Below, piece by piece: positions 41,801 to 49,071 of a stretch of 64,000 nt of DNA. Each line of letters opens with the position of its first letter. The stretch's first letter is position 1. The stretch covers positions 153,420 through 217,419 of the forward strand of contig JAXLZM010000001.1 in the NCBI GenBank assembly GCA_046350855.1. The letters run 5' to 3'. The position numbers were made by a program, and so were the translations under genes. Below the pieces are notes generated by a model. The model was not told the DNA's origin, searched no databases, and saw nothing but the letters and a program-made list of their open reading frames with translations. The DNA is from Candidatus Anderseniibacteriota bacterium. Lineage in GTDB: Bacteria > Patescibacteriota > JAUYIX01.

Positions 41801-42006
41801 TTGAGCGCGGACTGCAGCATATGCCCGATGTGCGGTTTACCATTGGTCCCGGGCGGACCGTCGTAGGCTACCCAGGTACCCTTGGGTCGCGCACCCGCTG
41901 GCCGCTCGAGGGATTTTTCAAAAATCTGCTCGCGCTGCCAAAAATCGAGCACCGCGTGCTCAAGTTTTGCAAAGTTTTGCTTAGGTTCAACCGGCTTAAA
42001 AGGCAT
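38866..42006 (-). CDS. ileS: Isoleucyl-tRNA synthetase
   Basis: HIGH and KMSKS motifs; CP1 editing domain; C-terminal zinc region; 1046 aa. Confidence 0.95.
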   Translation of the reverse strand: MPFKPVEPKQNFAKLEHAVLDFWQREQIFEKSLERPAGARPKGTWVAYDGPPGTNGKPHIGHMLQSALKDVWPRFKTMQGYRVLRKAGWDTHGLPVELQAEKELGLDGKRDIHNYGMAKYIMYCRDTVFRYVREWEKSIKRIGRFLDTSDAYATLTNDYIQTDWWVIKQAHAKGLLYKDFKVLPYCSRCGTGLSSHEVAQGYQEVTDTSVFVKFALQDEANTSLVIWTTTPWTLIANVAVAVGPEIKYVRVRPKKNARPGVDERLIVAKALADKVLGEGTYEIEDEFDGHALEGKSYEPPYNFFKPKEKAFYVVAEEFVTTEDGSGLVHMAAYGEDDYKVIKKYKLPLIQHVDWDGSLKKEVTKWSGKNFKEVDKEVVRDLKEQGTLFKALPYTHSYPFCWRCKTPLIYNAQSSWFIRTTAFKDKMIKANQKINWQPEHIKDGRFGKWLEDNVDWAVSRARYWGSPLPVWICKKEHLTVVENLEELRRLTTTELPPDDKIDLHKPFIDTVKLKCAECDDEAVREPDVLDCWFNAGNMPWGQWGYPHKPESRAIYKSQYPADFICEAIDQTRGWFYVLLATSVMVTGKSSFKNVICTNHILDEHGRKMSKSEGNVIEPLPLFEKFGADAVRWSMFRTDPWLPKRFGESVVTDATGALLRPLWNTYSFFVTYANIDKFEPGLAKAGKLIAPKSKHVLDRWILAELNDTLAVVKDRLEDFDVTPAVARVEQFVEGLSNWYVRRGRRRYWKSENDDDKKAAEATLYYVLVRLSQLLAPLTPFVAEELYRNLTGAESVHLAEWPKAGKINAADKKLLTEMRLAQQLASLARAARQDAKVRVRQPLARLVVALPGKVTLSSTSEELVKDEINVKALEYVKDPTELGTAQVKLNFAVAGKKYGAKVKELAKHLASGAFKTSTSGVLVGETKLSSDEVLITYQGKKGLAIAGERDVLVGLDTKLTPELEQEGLVRELIRAVQDLRKEAGYDISDRITLGVVSSDELMTTGLKRFGNMLAAETLATKVVTSKAESGRVMQFEFESHKAEISIKRA

Positions 42007-42298
42007 CGATGGGCGTGTTTTACGTACCTGGCGATAGTAGCAAGCGCTCTAGCACGGCACAATTCATCCCCACGGCGCTTTGCCCGGATGAACCACTATA
42101 CCGCCTGAACACCCCGCCGCGTGGTCCGCTGGTGACTTTTTTGTGCAGACTGGTAGCGGCAGTGCAAGTGACGCAGGCTAAAATTACCGTAGGTTAATTT
42201 GTTAAGCACACATCCCCATGGGTGGTACCGGCAAACCAGCACCAAAACCTTGGTAACACAACCGGCCCCGGCCATACTGGCCGGGGCCGTTTTTGTTC
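42007..42298 (+). promoter_or_regulatory. Candidate attenuator/riboswitch-like leader: T-box-like motif UGGGUGGUACCG (42219-42230) followed by a perfect intrinsic terminator (42262-42298)
   Basis: 11-bp GC stem CCGGCCCCGGC/GCCGGGGCCGG with an AUACU loop followed by UUUUUGUU; the conserved T-box core matches 11 of 13 positions. It is on the strand opposite ileS, upstream of the DUF4190 gene. Confidence 0.35.
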
Positions 42299-42373
42299 GT
42301 CCACAGCCCTAAAGATGCAAAATCTGTGAAAAATCCCTATACTCACTCTATTAACCCTTAAGTACTTCCCCAA

Positions 42374-42700
42374 ATGGCACAAAACAGCGTCAAAAAAACC
42401 GGCATGAATGGCATGGCCATCGCGTCGTTTATCCTGAGCCTCGTCGGCTTGGGCGTGATCGGTATCATCCTGGGCTTTGTCGCCCTCAATCAAATTAAAA
42501 AAGAGGGTGGTGAGGGTCGCGGCTTTGCGATCGCCGGTATCATCATCGGCTTTATCGGTGTGGCGCTGATCATCATCTGGTTGATCTTCTTCTTTTGGGT
42601 CTTTAATACCGCCACCAACATCATTCAATCCCCGCTTTACAACGGCGAGGTACAAAACGCTTTGGACAGTCTGAACAACGTTCAGTTCAACTTCCAGTAA
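42374..42700 (+). CDS. DUF4190-like small membrane protein
   Basis: Two TM helices; Gly/Ile-rich. Confidence 0.6.
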   Translation: MAQNSVKKTGMNGMAIASFILSLVGLGVIGIILGFVALNQIKKEGGEGRGFAIAGIIIGFIGVALIIIWLIFFFWVFNTATNIIQSPLYNGEVQNALDSLNNVQFNFQ

Positions 42701-42778
42701 GCAGGTCGCGCTGGGTATCCCAGCCGAACTCTAACGCATAAAGAAAGCGGCCCGTTCCAGTTGGAACGGGCCGTTGCG

Positions 42779-43291
42779 TTAGCCGCTGGCCGGAGTGGCA
42801 TCCAGGAGCTGGATCGGCACTGCCTCTTCGATCTTTTTCTTGGCCTCGAGTACGGCATGCTTTGCTAAGACAGCGAGCTCCTCGTCACAAAGACGCGGGA
42901 TCAGGTTCCACAGGGTGGCGTGCCCGTCCTTAAAGGCTTCCACACGCTCGACGATGAGCGCATGTGTGTGATGCCGGGCGATGACGGTCTCGGGATCGAA
43001 CGCGGTCAAGAGCAGTACGGGGTGGTAGCGATTGAAATCGAGTGCCTCTTGGACGCCGCGCTCGGTGTAGCAGACCGCCAGGGCGTGTTCGTTGCGGAAA
43101 AAACAGATCGAGAGCAAGCGCGATCGAAAGTACACGATCTGCTTGTGCGCCTTGATGTGGCGGCTGGCGGTAAACTCCAGAAACTTGGAAAAGAACAGAG
43201 CAAGGTCCTTGTCAAACTCACCTTGCGCGGGCTGGTCCGTGACAAAGACAAAGCTTGGTAGAACGGGGTTGGTGTTGGGGTTTGCTTCCAA
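42779..43291 (-). CDS. Hypothetical protein
   Basis: 170-aa ORF with no recognised motif. Confidence 0.4.
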   Translation of the reverse strand: MEANPNTNPVLPSFVFVTDQPAQGEFDKDLALFFSKFLEFTASRHIKAHKQIVYFRSRLLSICFFRNEHALAVCYTERGVQEALDFNRYHPVLLLTAFDPETVIARHHTHALIVERVEAFKDGHATLWNLIPRLCDEELAVLAKHAVLEAKKKIEEAVPIQLLDATPASG

Positions 43292-43359
43292 CGATAATTC
43301 CTCCCTCGGAGTAATAGGGACCGCGGGTAGAATGCCTTTTTTTAGCTACTCTGTCAACC

Positions 43360-45162
43360 CTACATCTCGTGGGGCGCGTGGATCCCAAGCAAGGCCAAGC
43401 CGTTTTGGAGGACTTGGGCGGTGGCCTGACAGAGTGCTAGACGGGCTGTGCGCTGCTCCTCGGTCGCTTTAAGCACTGGCACCTTTTGATAAAACAGGTT
43501 GAACCGGCTGGCTAGTTCAAATAGTTCTGTGGCGAGCAAATGCGGCATACGACGCTGGGCCGCCTCGGCCACGACCTCGGGGTAGCGCACTAAGCGACGA
43601 GCGAGCAGTTGTTCGACAGGGTCATTGGTAACGGCGTCCTTTGCGGTAGCTGGGCCGGGCGGTTGGGCTGACTGCGCCTTACGCACAATACTCTTAATCC
43701 GGGCGTGGGTGTACTGGAGGTAGGGCGCAGAGTTACCCTCGAGCGAGAGCATCCGATCAAAATCAAAGTCGATGGTGTGCAAACGGTTCTGCGAGAGATC
43801 GTTATACTTAACCGCACCGATACCAACTTGGCGCGCGATTACGTCTTTGTTTTTGAGGGCAGGGTTTTTGCTGGCAATGACTTTTTGAGCGCGCTCGATT
43901 GCCTCTTCTAAAATTTCTAACATGTCTGCCACGCGGCCCGCGCGCGTGCTCATTTTTTTGCCCTGCATGCGATAGAGCCCATGACCAATGTGCTCAAGGC
44001 TGTTGGCCCACGTAAATCCGAGCAAATGCAACACCGTAAAGACTTGCCTAAAGTGGAGCTCTTGCTCTAGTCCAACCTCATAGAGCATGGCGCTAAACTG
44101 GTATTTTTTTTGACGAGCAATCGCGGCCGCTAACTCACGCGTGGCATAGAGACTGGCCTCGTCGGTTTTTTGTACAAGGAGTGGCGGTAATTTTTGTGAC
44201 TCAAGGTCAACGATCGTCGCACCTTGGCTCTTTTTGAGCAGACCTTTTTTAGCAAGTAGCTCCATAACCGTCTTGAGATCGCCACGGTACTGGGCTTCGC
44301 CCTCGTCGATACGATCAAAGGGCGTCTCGAGTAAAGCGTAGATTTTTTTGGCGTGCGCCAGCGAGACGTCTACAAAACGTTGCCACAAGCCCAGCGCTTC
44401 TCTGTCACCTTGTTCTAGTTTACGGAACCAAGCACGCGCTTCTTGGGCCAGGGAATCGTCTTTGGCGAGTTCATCATGAAATCTAACATAGACACGCATG
44501 AGTTCTGTAATAGGGCTCTTCTTGAGCGCTGTCTCGTCCCCCCACTTTTTAAATCCCGCGATCAATTTGCCAAACTGGGTGCCCCAGTCACCCAAATAAT
44601 TGAGGCGGACCGTTGTGTACCCGACCGCTTCAAGCAAGCTCGCGATGGCCGCACCGTTAACGGTCGAACGTAGATGCCCAATGCTAAAGGGCTTGCCAAT
44701 GTTGACGCCCGAGTACTCGACCACGATCGTTTGGTTTTTTGCCTTGCCTGTGGCATCGGTCAAAGGTCGTGTACCAAACTTGTCGCCGCGTTGGTTAATA
44801 TGGGCGACCAGATGAGTCAAAAAAGGTTGAGAGAGCGAGAAGTTAATAAACGGACCCGTAGCTTCGATCTTCTCAAAGAGCGCGACGGCTGTACCTTTGT
44901 AGCCGCAGGCATCGACCGACATCTTTTTTACGACAGCACGGATGACCGGGACTAGTTCTGCCGCAATGTCAGCGGGCTTTTTTTTGAGCTGCTTAGCCAA
45001 CATAAAGGCAACGGGACTGGCGTAATCAGCGTGGGCTTCGAGGGGGTGTTCAACCGGAATGGCCACAGGAGCAGGGCCCTCGCTCGCAAGCGGCGCTTTG
45101 TACTGCTTGAGCGCCTCATCGAGGATTTGGGCAATGGCTTGTTTGAGATCGATTTGTGCCAT
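43360..45162 (-). CDS. argS: Arginyl-tRNA synthetase
   Basis: Class I core and DALR anticodon-binding domain; 600 aa. Confidence 0.9.
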   Translation of the reverse strand: MAQIDLKQAIAQILDEALKQYKAPLASEGPAPVAIPVEHPLEAHADYASPVAFMLAKQLKKKPADIAAELVPVIRAVVKKMSVDACGYKGTAVALFEKIEATGPFINFSLSQPFLTHLVAHINQRGDKFGTRPLTDATGKAKNQTIVVEYSGVNIGKPFSIGHLRSTVNGAAIASLLEAVGYTTVRLNYLGDWGTQFGKLIAGFKKWGDETALKKSPITELMRVYVRFHDELAKDDSLAQEARAWFRKLEQGDREALGLWQRFVDVSLAHAKKIYALLETPFDRIDEGEAQYRGDLKTVMELLAKKGLLKKSQGATIVDLESQKLPPLLVQKTDEASLYATRELAAAIARQKKYQFSAMLYEVGLEQELHFRQVFTVLHLLGFTWANSLEHIGHGLYRMQGKKMSTRAGRVADMLEILEEAIERAQKVIASKNPALKNKDVIARQVGIGAVKYNDLSQNRLHTIDFDFDRMLSLEGNSAPYLQYTHARIKSIVRKAQSAQPPGPATAKDAVTNDPVEQLLARRLVRYPEVVAEAAQRRMPHLLATELFELASRFNLFYQKVPVLKATEEQRTARLALCQATAQVLQNGLALLGIHAPHEM

Positions 45163-45647
45163 ATACGGTACGTCCTATACTAGCCGACGGAACCCAAATG
45201 TCGATATACGCCACCAACAAACGCGCACGAGCGGACTATCAGCTGCACGATACCTTTGTAGCGGGCATTAAGTTGAGCGGAGCCGAGGTTAAGTCCGTCA
45301 AAAAAGGCGGCATGCGACTCCTGGGCGCCTACGTCACGCTCCACAACGGACAGGCCAGTTTGGTCAACGCGCACATCGCCGCCTACAAGCCCGCGGGTCC
45401 GCAACCTGACTATGACCCGACTCGCAGCCGTCCCCTCCTGCTCAAACGCTCGGAGCTGCGCACTATCGTCGGCCAGCTGAACCAAAAAGGATTGACCCTA
45501 GTGCCCTTGCGTGCTATAGGTGTGCGGAACTTGATCAAGATTGAGTTCGCGGTTGGGCGCGGCAAGCGTCAGTACGAAAAACGCGACGTCCTGCGTAAGC
45601 GCGAAGCGGATCGCACCATTAATCGGGCCCTACGACGACGCCGCTAA
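45156..45647 (+). CDS. smpB: SsrA-binding protein SmpB
   Basis: SmpB fold with C-terminal basic tail KREADRTINRALRRRR. Confidence 0.9.
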   Translation: MPYTVRPILADGTQMSIYATNKRARADYQLHDTFVAGIKLSGAEVKSVKKGGMRLLGAYVTLHNGQASLVNAHIAAYKPAGPQPDYDPTRSRPLLLKRSELRTIVGQLNQKGLTLVPLRAIGVRNLIKIEFAVGRGKRQYEKRDVLRKREADRTINRALRRRR

Positions 45648-45667
45648 GGCCATGTGGATTAGTCTCT

Positions 45668-45699
45668 TTGACAACTAAACCCTCAGCACGCTATCTAAT
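45668..45699 (+). promoter_or_regulatory. Putative sigma70-like promoter for ssrA (TTGACA-18-TATCTAAT)
   Basis: TTGACA at 45668-45673 and TATCTA at 45692-45697. Confidence 0.35.
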
Positions 45700-45780
45700 T
45701 GAACTGCAAAAGTTCAGCCTTGGTCTGGTATCCCCAAGGGAGGAGCGAAGTCGCCTTACGCGTCTTTTCGCACCTCCCTT

Positions 45781-46176
45781 GGGGATGATCGGCTTCGAGA
45801 GCGATCGTGTGTTGTTCGGGCGTGTACGAGTGGGATGTGCCACTCGCAAATCAATCGCATCACTCAACAAATGCTAAGTCATTTGTAAGCAAAGCGAGCG
45901 ACTACGTTCGTAGCCTCTCCGCTCTGCCAGCCGTTGCCTAACTGTAGGTAACAGCCATCTCCCGTAGGCTCCCCCGTGGTTTACGATCAGAGGTGTTATC
46001 TTTGCGGGGTTGGTGTACAGCAGGTTTCTGGCTGAACATCGAGACTTTGTGAAACTCGCGTCGCCATTTTTTGCCGCACTTTGAGCGGTGACGTCAGATA
46101 CCAAGCGCGGAGAGTACACGTGGACGACCAACATGCTGTTAGCTCCACGCGGGTTCGATTCCCGCCATCTCCACCC
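45781..46176 (+). ncRNA. ssrA: tmRNA (SsrA), standard one-piece form
   Basis: 5' GGGGAUGAUCGGCUUCGAGAGCGAU matches the tmRNA 5' consensus. 3' ACGCGGGUUCGAUUCCCGCCAUCUCCACC is a tRNA-like T-arm and acceptor. A G3:U70 pair is present. Putative tag ORF ends ...ALPAVA-UAA near 45945. Confidence 0.85.
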
Positions 46177-46446
46177 CAATCTGACTTTTCCGACTATCCG
46201 ATAAGTTTTCTCGTACTCCGTTGGCGGCCCGCAGGGCCGCCAACGGTTTACGTTTGGGCGGAAAAATATCGGAACGTCGTATCCTGGTGCATCTCTACCG
46301 TACCGCTCGAACGTATTTTCTCAAAATCGTTTGAGGCCGGTGATAGCGAGAACGTAGTCAGATCCGCGGCGCGGCAGGACTGGGGGTCAAGGGGGAAGGA
46401 CTGCCGCGCCGCGGATCGGTTGCAATTTAGGTACTTTTCATAAAGT

Positions 46447-46842
46447 ATGTTCGAGCAGCGCAGTAAATGCGCACCAAGTTTAATCGCTTACAACAACAAG
46501 ATAATGTTGCACCAAATGAAGTTGCGTCCTGGCCCGTTCAAAAAAATTGTCGGAGGTCAGAAAATTATAGAGTCAAGGTTATTCGATGAAAAACGTCAAA
46601 AAATCAGGGTTGGTGATAAAATTGAATTTACATCCAATGATAACTCGGATAAAAAAGTTACTACAAAAGTAGTCGCGCTCTTTTTGTTCAAGTCTTTTGA
46701 TGATCTTTTTTCTGAATTAGATCCTCAACTGTTCGGAGGTTCATCAAAAGATGCATTACTCAATGAAATAGAACAATTCTATTCTCCGGCTGAACAAGAA
46801 AAATACGGCGTTGTTGGTATAAAAATACAAGTTGATAAATAG
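46447..46842 (+). CDS. Stand-alone ASCH (PUA-like) domain protein; strongly AT-rich gene
   Basis: ASCH-like core KLRPGPFKKIVGGQKIIESRLFDEKR...GDKIEF; GC far below flanking DNA; alternative start at 46504. Confidence 0.65.
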   Translation: MFEQRSKCAPSLIAYNNKIMLHQMKLRPGPFKKIVGGQKIIESRLFDEKRQKIRVGDKIEFTSNDNSDKKVTTKVVALFLFKSFDDLFSELDPQLFGGSSKDALLNEIEQFYSPAEQEKYGVVGIKIQVDK

Positions 46843-46845
46843 AAA

Positions 46846-46876
46846 AAGCCCAACCGGATTACCAGCTGGGCTTGAA
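46846..46876 (-). terminator. Hairpin terminator between convergent genes
   Basis: AAGCCCA/TGGGCTT stem followed on the minus strand by TTTTTC. Confidence 0.45.
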
Positions 46877-46878
46877 GA

Positions 46879-48228
46879 CTATTGGCTAAGGCCAAATTCG
46901 AGCACAACAACCCCGAGCTTCTCCTTTGTTTGGGGATAAATCTGTTTGAGCAGAGAAAGAACATCCTGTTGAGAACGTGCGTCTGGCACAATACGCTCCC
47001 AGGGCTCTACGATGAGCATCTCTTCGAAAGTTGGGTAACGTCGAATATCAGTGACCTTCACAAAAAAGTTACTCGTGTGGGTCACAAGTTGAATACGTTC
47101 TCCAACCTGAATTCGGTTGATCGTATCGTAACCAACTCGGACCTCAAGGTTCTTCTTACCTGAACGAATCAAATTAAAGAACCTTTCCTTAACTCGCATG
47201 TTTCTCATGGTGGTTTCTCCAATATCCATGCTCCACTGTTGGGTAATGACCTGCGGATGATAGGCTGCGGGCATTGCCGCATCCAACCTCCAGCCCAGAC
47301 GTTGCAATGAAGCCACTTCTTCAACAGTAGGGTTAATGTGAATGTACAACTTGTGACCGTAGGGCACCAGCTGATGGGGTACGTCGATGAGCAAGGCCTC
47401 GAACACCATGATGTTGGTAGCAATAAAAGGCATAACTTTGATAGGACTGCCCTTCTTTGGAGTAGCACCGGCAACACCAGTCACGTTTCCGTCACTGTCG
47501 CTAGCAACAAATATGAGCTTGTACTTGGTGTTGATGTCGAAGCTCTCGCGCCGACTATAGCCGTCGAACAGGGCTTGAACCCACTCGGTCGTGATGCCTT
47601 CGAATGAGCCCTGCAGCTTTTGAAGCAGTAGTTTACTAACCTGTCCCTTCACTAACTCGTTCGTTTCGTCTAGTGCCAAGACGGAGACATGAGGGCGGTC
47701 CAAGGACAGTAGCTCGTTGAGTCCATAGAGCGGCTTGTAAAGCATTGTCTCCGTAATACCGCTCTTGTAATGACTTTCGGATCTTCCTGCCCGAATAAAG
47801 GCCTTGCGAAGGAAAAACTGCAGAGCTGCAACATTCTGTTCCGCGACAGTGCAGTAAAGCTGTCGGGCTTCATGCTGCCTTGCATATTCTTCCGCATGCT
47901 CCAGCAATCTGCTACCGACACCGAGCTTACCCTGAAATTCTTGTGCAACAATTAGGGGACTGATCTTATACGTAGACTGCCTCTTCCCTACAACATGGAT
48001 CATGCCCGCAGCTTTTTCTCCAACCTCCGCAATGAACATTCTCTGTTCAAAAGAAAAAAAGCCAAGATGGTCCGTGCCACCTGTTATATGGGCCTGAAAG
48101 ATGCGTTTTGCATGAGCTCTATGGTCACCTCCATAATATGGTTCGAGTGCGTTTTGCATCAATTTTTCAACCCACTCAAAATCTCCAGTACGTGCTTCCC
48201 GAATTATGATGCCTTCGTTGCCAGCCAT
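46879..48228 (-). CDS. GNAT acetyltransferase(x2)-ASCH fusion protein
   Basis: Strong RBS AAGGAGA before the Met at 48228 (ORF track starts at 48282). GNAT motif A QGKLGVGSRLLEHAE; second GNAT-like middle domain; C-terminal ASCH-like domain (FFNLIRSGKKNLEVRVGYDTINRIQVGERIQL). Confidence 0.7.
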   Translation of the reverse strand: MAGNEGIIIREARTGDFEWVEKLMQNALEPYYGGDHRAHAKRIFQAHITGGTDHLGFFSFEQRMFIAEVGEKAAGMIHVVGKRQSTYKISPLIVAQEFQGKLGVGSRLLEHAEEYARQHEARQLYCTVAEQNVAALQFFLRKAFIRAGRSESHYKSGITETMLYKPLYGLNELLSLDRPHVSVLALDETNELVKGQVSKLLLQKLQGSFEGITTEWVQALFDGYSRRESFDINTKYKLIFVASDSDGNVTGVAGATPKKGSPIKVMPFIATNIMVFEALLIDVPHQLVPYGHKLYIHINPTVEEVASLQRLGWRLDAAMPAAYHPQVITQQWSMDIGETTMRNMRVKERFFNLIRSGKKNLEVRVGYDTINRIQVGERIQLVTHTSNFFVKVTDIRRYPTFEEMLIVEPWERIVPDARSQQDVLSLLKQIYPQTKEKLGVVVLEFGLSQ

Positions 48229-48528
48229 CTTGATCTCCTTGCTGAACCACTGCCGCAAGTGAATGCGGCATGCGTAGTCCAAGGTGTTTGTTGTTAACGA
48301 ACCATCCCATCACACACGTTCCAAGCCGTTTCTGGAACGTTCCTCTATAACATTCTTGGAACTCGACGTCAATCAAGGTGCAGCTATTAAAAAACTAGTC
48401 CGATCCTCAGATCTCCCCTGCTAAAGGGTTTTCTTTTGTACAGTTGTGTTCTGCCAAAGAGCCTGTAATACTAGTCGACTAGGCATCTTGGAGTGCACCT
48501 TGTCATCGATCGTTTACGGAGGTGAAAC

Positions 48529-49032
48529 ATGAAACGCATACGTGGATTTGTCTGCGGGGTGACGCGGACGGATGAGCAACACATCCTCTACGGCCCGCAC
48601 CGCGACAATCCTCAAACCTACCAGGCCCTGGAGTGCAACGGGCTACGCGCCTACCGTGAAGAATTCCAGGCCCTCAAGACCTGTCACGACGCCTTTTTAA
48701 ACCCTAACCCGTTTGGCCATATCAAGTGCTCGCGGCTTGGGTATCTCGACCTCTGTTTGGCAGAGACCGAGGAGGACCTAGCAAGCTTTAAGCACCAGTG
48801 CTACTTGGTCGCAGTCATGTTTCCGGTTCCGCTTGGTGCTGACCCCGGGCAGTATGAACTCTTTGGACCACCCAGGGTAAACGGCGGCGGATTTGAGGGA
48901 CGCCAGAGTTGTCGGGAAAACGGCTGGCAAACCTTTGAGTCCTTTGTGGTGGCCAACCACATCCGCACTGAGCTCATCCGCCAGACCTGCTGTCCAACGA
49001 CACTGGCCATCCTTAAGTTACATTTTCGCTGA
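48529..49032 (+). CDS. Hypothetical Cys-containing protein
   Basis: GGAGGTG RBS; 167 aa; no recognised motif. Confidence 0.55.
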   Translation: MKRIRGFVCGVTRTDEQHILYGPHRDNPQTYQALECNGLRAYREEFQALKTCHDAFLNPNPFGHIKCSRLGYLDLCLAETEEDLASFKHQCYLVAVMFPVPLGADPGQYELFGPPRVNGGGFEGRQSCRENGWQTFESFVVANHIRTELIRQTCCPTTLAILKLHFR

Positions 49033-49034
49033 CC

Positions 49035-49066
49035 CCTTGGTTCTACCTAGGGGTCCTTTTGTTACC
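49035..49066 (+). terminator. Intrinsic terminator
   Basis: GACCCCT/AGGGGTC stem followed by CTTTTGTT. Confidence 0.55.
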
Positions 49067-49071
49067 ACTTT

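Noticed and set aside
45668-46179. ORFs 45668..45877 (+) and 45874..46179 (-)
   Set aside because: They lie across the tmRNA gene and its promoter/leader; the RNA assignment explains the region.
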